A stretch of DNA of 64,000 nucleotides. It comes from Raillietiella orientalis (lineage: Eukaryota). The position numbers and the translations under genes were made by a program. The DNA is taken from the NCBI GenBank assembly GCA_036172245.1, contig JAYWIR010000018.1, positions 3,534,001-3,598,000 on the forward strand, in the 5' to 3' direction. The notes below the pieces were generated by a model. The model searched no databases. It saw only the letters and a list, made by a program, of their open reading frames with translations, and was not told the origin of the DNA. Shown in pieces: positions 1 to 11,700 of this stretch. How positions within the stretch are numbered: the first letter of the stretch is position 1; every line of letters begins with the position of its first letter.

Positions 1-1170
1 GGGAGCGATGGACTGCGTTCGTTGCTTGCACCTGCATATGGAGCGCGCCATGAGAGGATTCGGCTTCCTGCTGAGGCAGCTCGCCTCGCTCCTGGAAGCT
101 CATTCGTGGATCTCCTGCCGGCCAACGAACCTTAATGCTTGGCGGCAGGAGACGCTATCGTCCTGGGCAACGCATCAGGATGTGTTCCTTTTGGAACTCC
201 GTTGAGTGAACCTTTCTCCATTCTGTCCAGTGGAGGAGGTGTTGCAGAACCAGGAGAAGTGGACTCGCCTGGCCGCTACGTCCCTCGCCGCAGCATGCTT
301 CGCCTGCCCTAAGGCCAAGAGAGGGCAGTTGCCTACGGGCAAGGTGGGAGATCGCCTCCGCAATCGCAGGAGAAACCCGACCTCTGGGCAGCTGGAGGAC
401 GAGCGAGCTGGCAGACGCTGCCACGCCTTGCCATCGTGCCAAGGGACTTCTTCGGTGGAACGCACTCCTAAGGGTGTCCCCCGAAGAACTTGTGTTCCCC
501 CCGCTCGTGCGTGCACACGACTGTGTTCTCGCTGGAAACAGGACGCTTTTCTGCTGGTGCATTGGGGTTTCCATTGCAACCAGCGCGCGCACCTGGTTTC
601 CGGGGTAGTTGCGTCCCTGAACTGTGAAAGGTGTGAAACAGTGGAATCGCTTCCGCACCTGTTATTTGACTGCGGTGTTCTCCAGGGACTGTGGCGGAGG
701 CTGTCTTCAGCGCTCCCGCACCAAGAGGACACCGCCATCGGCGTTATGCGCCGCTTCTTCACGCGTGGCCTTTCGCTAGGAGCGATCATCGCAACGATCT
801 GTTGCATCTGCGCCATTATCAGGGCTCGCCACGTATTGCAGTTGCGAGTGGCCCCAACAGCAGTCACCGACAGTGCAGCCTGCAATCTTGGCATGGCTGC
901 CAGGCGGCCTCACATCAACGAAGAAGTGAAGACGGAGATCTCCGGCATTCAACGCTGGTTCTGAGAAAAGGAACAGCTGAAGCCACAGACTCATGTCCCA
1001 CCCCCCTCTATTTTTATCTATTTATTGTCCCCTCCTTCCCGTTCCGAACTCAGTATCCCAGACCCGCTTGTCGGGGAACCCTCCTCCTTAACTTCTGTTC
1101 CCGTTGCCTAGGAAATATGTTCTCAAATGATTTCATTTTTAACAAACGTCCCCGCGCAACCGGGTAGGCA
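1..1170 (+). mobile_element. L1/Tx1-like non-LTR retrotransposon, 3' part (ORF2 C-terminus with zinc finger plus 3' UTR)
   Basis: ORF 206-964 encodes RWKQDAFLLVHWGF...NCERCETVESLPHLLFDCGVLQGLW (L1/Tx1 C-terminal CCHC finger). It is followed by a T-rich UTR and the shared 3' motifs. Confidence 0.85.
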
Positions 1171-1174
1171 ACGA

Positions 1175-2220
1175 CCACAAGGCAGCTTTTTGTTTTTTCG
1201 CGTCGCTTCGCGTTTTCGCTCCGTTTCGCGACCTCTTTTACTTTTTTGCTCTTTTTCTTGGAATCGACAAGCTGCCAACCTGGCTCCTGGCCGTCGTCCT
1301 CGACTTTCTCGGCGTTTTCCGCTGGGGTCTCAGAGCTGGCCTTCGCTTTGGGTGCGGTGGTCGCGTCCTTAGTGGAGGCTCGCGCTGCTAACTTTTTCAA
1401 CTTTTTGGCTGCTCGCTTCTTGCTGTTTCTGGCAGACGCGACGCAGACTGCATTTTGGGGGCACACCTGACGGGCGTGCCCCGTGCATTTGCACTGTTGG
1501 CACTGCACATTCGAACACCCCTTCTTCAGGTGTTCCGAGGTGTTGCAGAAGCCACAGTACTTAGGCTTCCCCACGTACCACACATCAACCGGTTCCCCGG
1601 TGACCTGGAGTTTGTGGGACAACAGACCTCGCGGACGGTGACTCGCGCAGCCGCCAGGCCGCAGAGCAGTCCGTCGAATTCCAAGAAGGGAGTGGGCTTG
1701 GCCCACAGCGCGTGCTGTCGCAAATTTTCCTAATTCGCTGCGGATGGCCTCCGTCGTCATTCAAAACGTGATAACGGATAAGTGGACGATGACAGATCGG
1801 TCCTCCGTTACCGGGAGGAGCCTCCGATTTTCCATAGCAACGGGGATCCTAAGAAGTCTCTGAGATGCAGTTACCCCTTTGCAGATGATCCCTACAAACT
1901 GGCTTCGGATGGACATGACTCGAAGTTCCTCAGTTTTGACATCGGGAGAGCGCACCGCCTGCAAGAAGGCGCGCTCACTCTCTGGGGAATATAATTTTCC
2001 TACCTTGCATAGGAGAGTTGGGTCAGGCAGACAATCCCCTCCTCAAGGTAGACCCTCATCTCCGCCATGGCCGCCGCCGTAGGAGCCGCGGCCACGGCGT
2101 TTTATGCCCTCGCTTGCACGGGGAACGAATCTGTGGTGCGGGTTTCCCCACATCCATATCTTCTGGGGGCGATGTGCACATCACTCCCTGGCGCTGGTGG
2201 TGGTGGTATCAGGCATTAGT
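1175..2220 (-). mobile_element. Tx1-like ORF1 (gag-like, two CCHC zinc knuckles), disrupted
   Basis: ORFs 1761-1964 and 1050-1760 are one frame split by a single TGA. They encode VDVWYVGKPKYCGFCNTSEHLKKGC and CQQCKCTGHARQVCP followed by a Lys-rich tail. Confidence 0.85.
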
Positions 2221-2329
2221 GCCTTTCCCACCACCGAATCTCCACACATCACACTCAAGGAACGAAAACCAACCACAAGCAACAATGCGACGGCAACACG
2301 CGTGCATCCGCACCCGAGGACTTCTTCGA

Positions 2330-3230
2330 GCTGTTAAGTCGCGGGACTTATTGGAGGTGAACAGGGCGAAATCGTTCGTGGTAGCAGTCGGTTCGGCATG
2401 GACAGGACAGATGGACCGGATCCGCTTGGGAATCGCCACGGTTTGGTACTTTAAGTACCTCGGTGTACCGTTGTAAGACTATTCTCCTGCGGAGGCGTCG
2501 TCTAGCTGCCTCCAGAAGGCAGAGTTGGCGATCGTCCCGTTCTGGGATGGCAAGTTTCTCTTGTCAGAATGGGCCGCGGTGTGGAACATGTTTGTGGCCC
2601 CCCTCTTCCGCCCCTGCTTTCTGTTCGTCTTCCACCGAGTAAGATTAAAAGGCGAAAGAAGGACCTCCTGAGAATCGCTCTCTGGGGTATAGGGAAGCTC
2701 GAATCTTCCTGAAGGATTTGTGCGCTCCGAGTCGCGACGAAGGCCTCGACCTTCTGATGCTAGCAGATCCTAGAGTGGCAGCTCCTGTATAGAATGCAAC
2801 GACCTTTGTGGGATCAAAGGACAATCTCAGAGACGTATTGAAAGCTTCTCTTCGTGCGCGATGCCCTTCCGCCTACCACATCCCTAGCAGTTCTTTGCTG
2901 CCTATCTGGGACATACTCAGAAGGAACTTGCCAGCATCTTGGAAAGGATGCAGATAACACCCTTCAGAACCCGGTGATCCTTTCCCTAACTCTCCCAATT
3001 TTTGAATATACTTTGTTTTAACTTTTTGCTTTCCCCCTCCTTCTCCATTGCAGAGGCGAACCTAGCCGGTCTGCGTGCTGGTACTCGGCAGGTTCCGAGC
3101 ATTTTCGGACAATATAAAAAATGAACCAACAGAAAAATAAGCATACATGTCTAGACATGTATTTCCTCAGCCCTAGACATGCATGTTCATTTTTTATAAT
3201 AAACTTCCCGGGGTGACCGGGTGATAAACC
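2330..3230 (+). mobile_element. 5'-truncated, decayed Tx1-like copy (RT thumb to 3' end)
   Basis: LEVNRAKS...YFKYLGVPL (RT motifs 6-7), stops and frameshifts, then a T-rich UTR and conserved 3' hairpins. Confidence 0.8.
3113..3198. repeat. Nested inverted repeat: 14 bp arms around a perfect 20 bp palindrome
   Basis: tataaaaaatgaac (3113-3126) / gttcattttttata (3185-3198); atacatgtctagacatgtat (3143-3162). Confidence 0.95.
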
Positions 3231-5400
3231 AAGATCACTCCACCGAAAGAGTCCCTTCGCCCGAAAACAAGGATTAGCGGAGTTCAGCAGCTGGCTCGTC
3301 TGATGAGAGAGGCAGGAGATGTGCCTGACTCCTTCTGCTCAACAAAGGTGTGACTCTTGCCAAAGGCGAGACTTGCTCCATTTGAACACCTGGTGTTCGA
3401 TCACCTTGATGAGTTCGGACATCAAGTTCTACATGCTGTGGGCCGCGCGGCTAGGAGAAATTGCAGAGTCCGTGATTAGTTCGGAGCAGACATACGCTGT
3501 TCCTGGGCTGTCCATAAATTGGAGTCTCCTTTTTGCGCGGTCTGGATTCATCTGCAAGGTCGCGCAAACAGACGTACGTCGGTCCGCGGGACAGACGAGC
3601 AAAAGCGAGAGCTGCTGCCGACGACAAGCGTAGTGAGGAGAGGAAACTTTGGAAACCTTGATGGTCACAGTTAATTTGCATAGAGTGTTTGACTGCGTGA
3701 AATAGGTCCGGAACTCTTGGAACGCCTTGGTCTCCTGGAACACCTGCTAATCTTCTTGAGTTCCTGCTGAATCAACAAGATAACCACCGTTCTTTACAGC
3801 ACACAACGTGCGGATGCAGTATGCTTTTCAGCATCTACATTGCGTTGACACTGAAGTCGTACACTCTGACACTTGCCAACCTGCCGAACTCCTGCTTAGA
3901 CACGCCAGATATGGCCGCTTATGACAACGACCTGCTTCTTCTGCTGCCCATGTTCACCGCAGCAGCTAGGCTCAAGGACATCGAGTCTGATCCATCGGGG
4001 AGCGAGCGTGTGTGTAAACACGAATAAATTCATGGTCTTCCCAGTTGGCGCGACGTGAGAGGGCAGCCCGACTGGAATTACCTGGCAGTCCCCACAGGCA
4101 GGTAATTCAAATACCTTAGCGTCTCACTGAGCGACTTCGGTGCTACCGAAGAGTGGTTGGACTGTTTTCGAAAGGCTGAGATGACTCTTGGCCCATTTTG
4201 TCGAATTTCATCTTGCTGAAGCGAGCTGCCATGTGAAACATCTTTGTTGACCCCTCTTCCGCCCCTTGTTTTTTGTTTGCCTGCTTCCCCAAGTTCCGGG
4301 CGCAACTCCTGTTGCCAAAAGCGCTGTAGGGACTTGCGAGATCCAGGATCAGAGACAAAGACTTAGACAGGATGATGGCTTAGGTATCCTGACACTAGAG
4401 AAAATCTTACCTGGACGCTTCATCCTTCTGCTATGCTCCGACGGCAAAGGACTTTCATCTTTGCGGCCGCTTTTTCGCTACAACATACAAGGTTTCGGCT
4501 TGCTGCTGAGGCAACTCGCCTCGCTCCTGAAAGCCCCCTAATGGATCTCCTGCAGCCCAACAAACTTTAATGCCTAGCAGCAAGAGTCAGTTGTGAACAG
4601 GGCTGCAGATCAAAGAATGTGCCCAGAAGAACTTCGTCCCTTGCAACTTTGGAGAAAGCAAAACCTTTAAAATCCTAGTAAGAAATACTGCAGGATGTAG
4701 AGAAGTAATCTGCCCTGGCCGCCATATCCCTTGCCACAGCTTTGTTTGTCCTAAAGGCAAGCAACGACAGCTGTCTACCGGTGGGTGGGAGTTTTCCTGC
4801 ATCATTGTAGAAGACCGAACTTCTGGGTGCCTGGATGATGAGCGAGCTGGTAAACGCCGCCACTGCTCGTTTCCAGACGAACGTACCACTGGGTGGTGAT
4901 AACTTCTCACTGTTACCTCCGAAGAAATCATAGTCCTTCCTTCATATGTCCGGAAACGTAAGTGTTCCCGTTGTGATGGAAACACTCTGTGCTGATGTTT
5001 CTGCATTGGGATTTCCAGTGCAACCAGCTCTCGCACCTTGTTTCTGGGAAAGCTGCTTCGCAGAATTGTCACCTGCAGGTGAGGGCGATGGAATCGATCC
5101 CGTACCTGCTTTTCGACTGCAATGCTCTCCAGGAACTGCGGCGGAGGCTAGATTCGGAGCATTTGCATTAGGAGGGCACCTCCTTACCTGCTGCGACGAT
5201 TCTCCACATGCGGTGAACTCTCAACACGCACATTGATCACATCATTTGTGTACACGCTATATCCGCAGCCCTCCATGCCTTGCAGACGCAAGCGTAGCGA
5301 AAGGAGGTAACCAGCATGGCAGCCACCTACCTGAGGGCGGCTGCATGATTCTATTCCCAACACGAAGGTCCCTAAGATGTTTGCTCACTTCTATGAATAA
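3231..5400 (+). mobile_element. Decayed Tx1-like ORF2 (RT to zinc finger)
   Basis: NTWCSITLMSSDIKF...WAARL...VISSEQTYAVPG (RT motif 2/2a), AAYDNDLLL (degenerate YADD), FKYLSV, and NCHLQVRAMESIPYLLFDC; many stops. Confidence 0.8.
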
Positions 5401-6009
5401 GCGGGCTTATAAATCTCCTTCAGGAGGATACCTTCGCAACATTGGCATCTAGCAGCCTTAAACGCAGACCCAAGTTTCTGGCCAAACTGTAGGTTGAGCA
5501 AGTAAAACAGGTGACGGAATCCATCATCAGTCCTCGGACGAGCCATAAAGGCCAATTTTTCCTTTGCTAGGTCATGATAGCACCTTCAACAGAGAAATGC
5601 ATCGAGCGGACGCCAGAACTCTGGATTCCTTGCGTGTGAGGGACAGGTAGACCCTACATAGGTGGAAGCACCGAAGCCTTTGCAGTCGCAGACGACATGC
5701 AGAAAGCATTCGATTGTGTAGGACAGGAGCTTCTCCAGGAGTTGTTGGAGCGCAGGGGCTTCTTGATGTCTTCCTGGACTATCTGAACTCCACCTGGCGC
5801 TCCGCACTCATCACCATCTCTTGCAGCAGCACCTACTTCGAATTGGTGATGAGGGCACACATGGTTACTCTGGCTATCTCCCCGAGCTCGTGAATCTGTA
5901 CGTCTGCCATATCTACCCACGTCAAGGATCTAAGCTGACGCTACCCATGTCTACCTCGGGATCAGCACTCGAGATTTTTTCGAGTTGTTTAGCAGCGGAC
6001 GGACTTGGA

Positions 6010-7180
6010 TTATCACCCGGGTGTTCCAGGGAGTTTATTTCATATAAAATTGAACACAATCTGTGTGGTTGAGCCGTTGGTCCAACTCCATCCTTTTCAG
6101 AACAAGCCCGCCGTGTTATCGGTACGCGGACCGGTGAGGTCCGTCACGGCAGCAGAGGGAGGAGCAAACAAAAAAGAAAAAAGAAACAAAAATAAATAAT
6201 AAATTGGAGTGGCGTAGGGTGCGGCGAGAGATCACTTTCTTCTGGGGGAGGTCCTCTGCATCCTTTGGAGGATGTAGGCAAGCTCTTGGCTGAATCCGAT
6301 TTTCCAGGTGAGGCCATCTTGTTGCCATCCTCATGAGTCGGTCCTCCTCTTGCATCGCTCCAGGCAGGTACAATCCCGTAGTGTAGGCAGAAGGGAGCTG
6401 CTAACAACGCTGCCGAGCGAAGTGTCACGCGTAGGATGAGTCTTACAGTGTCCCTGGAGTTGCTGCCGGGGCTTCCTAGGGTCGCGGCAAAGCGTTTCCA
6501 GAGGGGCCGGAGGGCAGCACAATCCACAAGCAGGTGTGGGAGGGATTTGCGCTCCCTGCACCTAGCACAGTTCGGGTCCATACACTGCTGTGTCCAGTGA
6601 TGTCATTGGGCGTTGTACGAGAGGCCCCAGTGCAGCAGCATCAACGCCGACTCCTGCTACCTTGATGGGAAGATGTGCCTGTTCAAAAGCACTAAGTTAC
6701 ACTATAGATCTTCCGCCAGAATATTCAGTAGCTTGCCCCAGAGTAAAAGTCCTCGAGGTGGGCACTCGGAGTCGCAGCTCTGTAAGCTGGACCGTCGTCC
6801 ACTCACACAGTCCTTTTCTTCTTCCGGAGATATTCCTACTAATTCTCATCTTATCGCAATACTGTTGCCCATATGTTCCCTCTGGAAGGACAGCGCTGCA
6901 TCAAGGGAGTTCTTCCTGCCCACGAAGTTTTCCCTGGATCTTGAAGGATCTCTTGGAGCAAGAAGTTGTTATAGGGCCCGTACAGGAAACGTTGTGCCTG
7001 TTCCAGGAATCGCCTCTGGTTCCTCGCCCATTTGCGGACGGTTTCCTGCAACCAGGCACTACTTTTCTCGAGACGGCGCAAGATCCAGCTAACGTTCTTC
7101 CTGGTGAGCGTAGCCACTCGCCGAAGCTGCAGTCCAAAGTGCGAGATGTTGCAACGAAGGCGCTTAAGGAAGGACGGACT
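6010..7180 (-). mobile_element. Decayed Tx1-like copy, 3' part
   Basis: DPNCARCRERKSLPHLLVDCAALRPLW zinc finger. LRCNISHFGLQLRRVA is homologous to FRYNIQGFGLLLRQLA at about 4480. Conserved 3' motifs at 6010-6150. Confidence 0.8.
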
Positions 7181-8840
7181 TGAAGGTGAATGGAGCAAAG
7201 TCGCTGGTGGTTGTGCTTGGTGCGATGTGGACTGGACGGCCAGACATGATTCGCTTGGGAATTCTCACGGGCAGGTACCTCGATTACTTGGCGTTCCTTT
7301 AGGGAACGAAGACCTCTACCTAGCAGAAGCATGGTCCGGCTTTCAAAGAAAGGCAGGGTTGACTCTCGTCCAGTTCCTGGATGTCAAGTTTTCCTTGCCG
7401 AAACAGACCGTGGTATGGAACTCGTTCGTAGTCCTCCTCATTAACTTGGCTTTTGTTTCTTTCTCCTCCAGCGAAGTGGAGAAACAACAGTAAACCTCCA
7501 AAGAATCTCCTTGTGGGGCAAAGGGAGATCGTTCCGCGTCGGGATGGAGAACTTCGTCTCCCAACTTGCCCTAGAGGCAAAGAATTGGACGACCCGCTTC
7601 TGCGTCCCTGTAAGCGAGTAGCCAGCTCCGAGAGATTAACGTCTTTCCTCGATCAGCATCTAAAGCTTGCCCTGATACGGACACCAGCTTCGACAGATGG
7701 TTGCCTTGACAAATGAGAACATTTGGATCTCCTACCTGCCAACAAACCGTAATGCCTGACTTCAGGAAACAGTTCAGACGTGTGCAAAGATGAACCTCGC
7801 GAGCCAGGAACAATCGCAGCTTCTGAGACACCCCAAGTACGCTCGTTGCTCGTTGGAGGAGCTCGTAAGCAGCTCTACGAAGACTACGTGAGCTTCAAGT
7901 ACCTTCCTTGCAGCAGCTCTGTCCTTCTTAAGGAAAGAGAGTGGCAGTTGCCTACCGTCGAAATGGGAAGTCAGCTGCGGGATACTTGCAACAGAAAACT
8001 GCTTGGTGGATGAACAACAGAGTTGCCCACCGACGCTCCCGCCCCAAGTGTTTCACATAATGGACCAATCCGTCCAGCTTCTGTAGATTTCTCTGCAAGA
8101 TGCTTCCCGTGGTAATCATCGACACATCTGTCCTTCCCCTAAAGTGGCAGGAGTCAGCGCTGCTGATGTTGCACTGGGGTCTCCCATGTAATGCCGCCAG
8201 CACCACTGGACCAGGAGATTGTGATGAACCCAAGCTGTTTCAGATGCGAAGAAAGAGGATCCTTCCCGCACCTGCATGTGGATTGTTTTGCTCTCCCGCC
8301 CTTTTTGGAACGTTTCTCGACGGCCCTGCCGACCCCGGTAGACAATCCTAGCGACGTTTCGAAGTTCCTCTTCGTGCGGATGCACTGCCTCCAGCCGCGT
8401 TCTCTAGTGTTCGTTTGTTTCCTTTGTGGGATTGTTGGGACCCGGAAACGCTGCCAAAGAAGATGAGGACGACAGGAAATCATCCACTTCATGATTCCCT
8501 TCTTAAGAATCGCGGTCAGATGGTCGAACCAATTCGGATTGAACTCGAAGATAGAACTCGTTTCTCCAGAGAATGCAGAGGACTCCCTGAAACGGACAAT
8601 AATCCCTTCCCTAGCTCAATAACACAATTTTTATATTTATTTATTTATTCTTATTTCGTATACTTTTTTCTTGTTCACCTCCCCTCTGTTGCCGAGGCGG
8701 GTCCTGTCAGTCTGCGCACCGGTGTCTCGGCATTTTTCAAGTACACTCGGACGTGGTAGGGCAAAGAGTCCTACCGCTGCTGTTTTCCTGTAAGTTCACT
8801 GAGATCAGTAAGCTCTCCGGCGCAACTGGGTGATAAAGTT
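7170..8840 (+). mobile_element. 5'-truncated decayed Tx1-like copy (RT thumb to 3' end)
   Basis: LLGVPLG...KFSLPKQTVVWNSFV; LPLKWQESALLMLHWGLPC; NPSCFRCEERGSFPHLHVDC; T-rich UTR and conserved 3' motifs at 8690-8837. Confidence 0.8.
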
Positions 8841-9199
8841 CGTCTCGTGCTTAAAAAGCGTTCCACTTGTCGCCGGGAGCGTTGAATGCTCTTGGCTTCT
8901 CCAGCCTTCTTCTCTGTTGCTGATGTCGGAGCTGTTACTCTAGTGGCAGAGAGCGCTTCCAAGGAAGACGAAGCGATCAAGCAGAAATACATGTCAGCAA
9001 CTTCTTTTTGCCTGCATTCCTTCTTCCCTACAACCTTAAAAGCCAAAGGTTGCTTAGGATTCTTCTTCCCTTTCTTCTCTTTCCCTTTAGTTCACTGCTC
9101 GTTGTTCCTTCTGGAAAATTTTTCTGCAGAGGCGAACGTTGCTGGTCGGTCAAGTTGAGGTTTTTACTCTAAAAAGTAAATTCAAAAGTTGGAAACTGA

Positions 9200-9975
9200 G
9201 CTTCCGAAAAAGAATAAGAAGTTTACCGAAAATGACCACCAAAAGGCAGATAAGATTTTAGGGCAGTCCAGAGCGGAAGGGAGGGAACATTAAATAAAAA
9301 CAAAAGACGGGAGGATAGAAACAGAAGTCTTTGGTGTGAAGCATTCCTTTGTTCCCAAAACCGGCTTCGTATGTGGCAATTTCCCTGTCGACTTCTTGCT
9401 CTACCTTGCAGCTGTTCTCATCAAGGCAGCTTCCATGCAGGAAGCCTCCCCTCTCTCCGGGATTCCATCATGTAGCGGACTGTCACCATGGCGCGGAGGC
9501 AACAGATCGTTGCGATCACAATGCGTTCCATCAGCCCGCCTTGCGTGAAGAAACGCCGCAGCAAGTCCGTAGCGGTGTCTTCCAGATGTCCTCGAGGGCA
9601 TCCCAGTCAATGACAGAATGTGGGAACGGTTCCATCTCTCCTCACCTTAATCAATTTGGGGACTCAAATGCTCAGAGAACTAGGTGTCTGCAGTGGTTGC
9701 GCTGGAGGTCCCAGTGCAGAAACAGCAGAACACCTTGTTTCCATCTTAATGGGAACACCGAACAGTTCGTGCTCAAAGGAAGCACCACAGTGCTTCCGAG
9801 TTCGTCGGCAGCACACGGAACAGCTCTCTCCACCAGAGGGACGAGGAATGGTGGCGTTAACCAGCTTGCTCTTCTTCCAGCCATCAAGGATTTTCTCGAC
9901 TCTTGCAATGATGCAGGAGAATTCCCACCCCTCCAGTAAACAACTGTCGTCGCTTGCCCTTAGGGCAGACAGTGC
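9200..9975 (-). mobile_element. Decayed Tx1-like copy, 3' part
   Basis: FPLRWKQGVLLFLHWDLQRN motif shared with other copies. A UTR segment (9309-9335) is nearly identical to 10171-10196. Confidence 0.75.
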
Positions 9976-9989
9976 TGTGTGAAGGGGTG

Positions 9990-11700
9990 TTTCTCAACCG
10001 GGTGCGCCGGGGCGTTTATTGCTAAACTATCCGGGAACAAAGTTTTTGAACAAAGGACACGGAAGAAACGAAGGGGGAGATCCCCGACATGCAGGTCGGT
10101 AAACCGAAAGTTTGGAACGGGAGGGAGAGGACCACAAATACACATATTAAAAAATAGAAATAAGGATATGGGGAGGATAGAGACAGAAGTCTTTGGTTTG
10201 GCCGTTCCTTTTCTTCAGAACTGGCTATGGATGCCGGTGATCTCGCTCCTAACGTCCTCTGGAAGATGGGCCCACTCGGCAGCCGACATCATGTTCTCGC
10301 CGGTACTTCAGTGGCCTGTCAACGGATCGCCAGCTTCTCCAGCTCTCGGTGGGGTGTCAAGGGGTGTAACGGCTATGCGGGACCACCGCATCCTGTCTTG
10401 CAGAACTTTCCCTAAAGGTTGCTAAGGAGAGTTTGCAAGGAACGAAAATTTTCTGTCCATACTTCCAACGTGCTGACCCAGAACACTATCGTTTCCTACC
10501 GTTAGGCATTCCGGCTGGTGAGGAGGCAGGAGTTTCAGGGATTGGCTTCCAAAGATGATACCAAGCTCCTCAAGGGGGATCCGAATCCTTCGGCTCTATG
10601 TCGGCAACGACAGAAGTCTTCCGCTACCAACACAGAGCCGAAGGATGAGGCGGGCTGGCACACCACGTGGAAGTCCACATTTCGGCATGGGGTTGCAGGT
10701 GTCGCCGTTAAGGTCACTGCTTCCGCCGACGCATTCTCTGCAGTAGAAGCGGGCGCTTCTGGTTCTGGCCGTCGCGACAGTTCTGGTCTTCGTCGTCGCA
10801 GGAGAATTCGGCTGTGTACTCGCCAGTGCAGCCTTTTTACCCGCACGCGAAGCTCATGAGAACGCAGATTCTGGGAGACTTTCCACAGCCTGCATTCTCA
10901 TGAGCTTCCGGCACACTATCTTGGTCTTCCCAACTTCATTGCATAACGGCAATTAATGGGAGGGCATTCAGCGAATTGGAGTGGCCTCTCCTTACTACAA
11001 TTCCTGCACGCTCGCGGTTTCTTCATGAACCACAGGTGAATAACTATTCCATTGATCAGCTTTGTAGAACAGAATTTTCGTCTCGCTGCCGTGACTCGCG
11101 CCACGGCGAGCTGGCAGCAAACAACTTCGAACCCTTTCGCAAGATAGGCTTTCTTCCAAAGCGCGTGCACTTTGACAATTCGACCTCCACGGTATCCTTG
11201 GTCATGCCGATGGTGAGTCCCATCCATCCACTTATCGTGCGGGATGGGAACAGTGTTCCCCTCCTTGACGACGATGGTCGACTTAAACAAACTGACCAAC
11301 ACTGTATGTGTGCAGCATAGCACTAGGCCCTAACTGCCATCGAGAATCGAGATTGCATGGAGATCGCAGAAGAGCATTCCGTGGTGTCGAAGTTCTTTAA
11401 TGTACTCGGTAGAAGCAGGTTTGGAAATATGCCCTATGTTATGAAAAAAGGTGAGGTCAACACAGGCCTACCCCGTATCATACCCCTTATGAAAACGCGT
11501 GTGGATCAGTCTGTCGATTACCCAAAGAATGCTAAGATTAGCGACCAATTGAAGCAATAAGTCATACATCAGCTCAAGGAAAAAATTTCAACACATTTCA
11601 TGGGATCGCTAGCGAAACATGTGCTTCATGTCCGGCGTAACCTAGGTGACAACGGCTGTCTGAACTGTTCAGTTTTCTTTATTGAGCAACTCGTTCGACT
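9990..11700 (-). mobile_element. Decayed Tx1-like ORF1 followed closely by an element 3' end
   Basis: IHLWFMKKPRACRNC...CPPINC (degenerate knuckles, 10916-11323). The tail AAEWAHLPEDVRSEITGIHSQF* parallels the ORF2 end at 964. Conserved 3' motifs at 9993-10099. Confidence 0.65.

Noticed and set aside
3300..3360. CTGATGAG hammerhead-like core (similar strings near 12108 and 50832)
   Set aside because: No correctly placed GAAA or flanking helices.
4078..4089. ttacctggcag resembling the U1 snRNA 5' end
   Set aside because: Only about 11 nt match, inside RT coding relic, with no further U1 similarity.
8707..8830. Kissing-loop pairing between the hexaloop (tgcgc) and the terminal hairpin loop (gcgca)
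   Set aside because: Works in the 8.7 kb copy only; loops in the other copies are not complementary.
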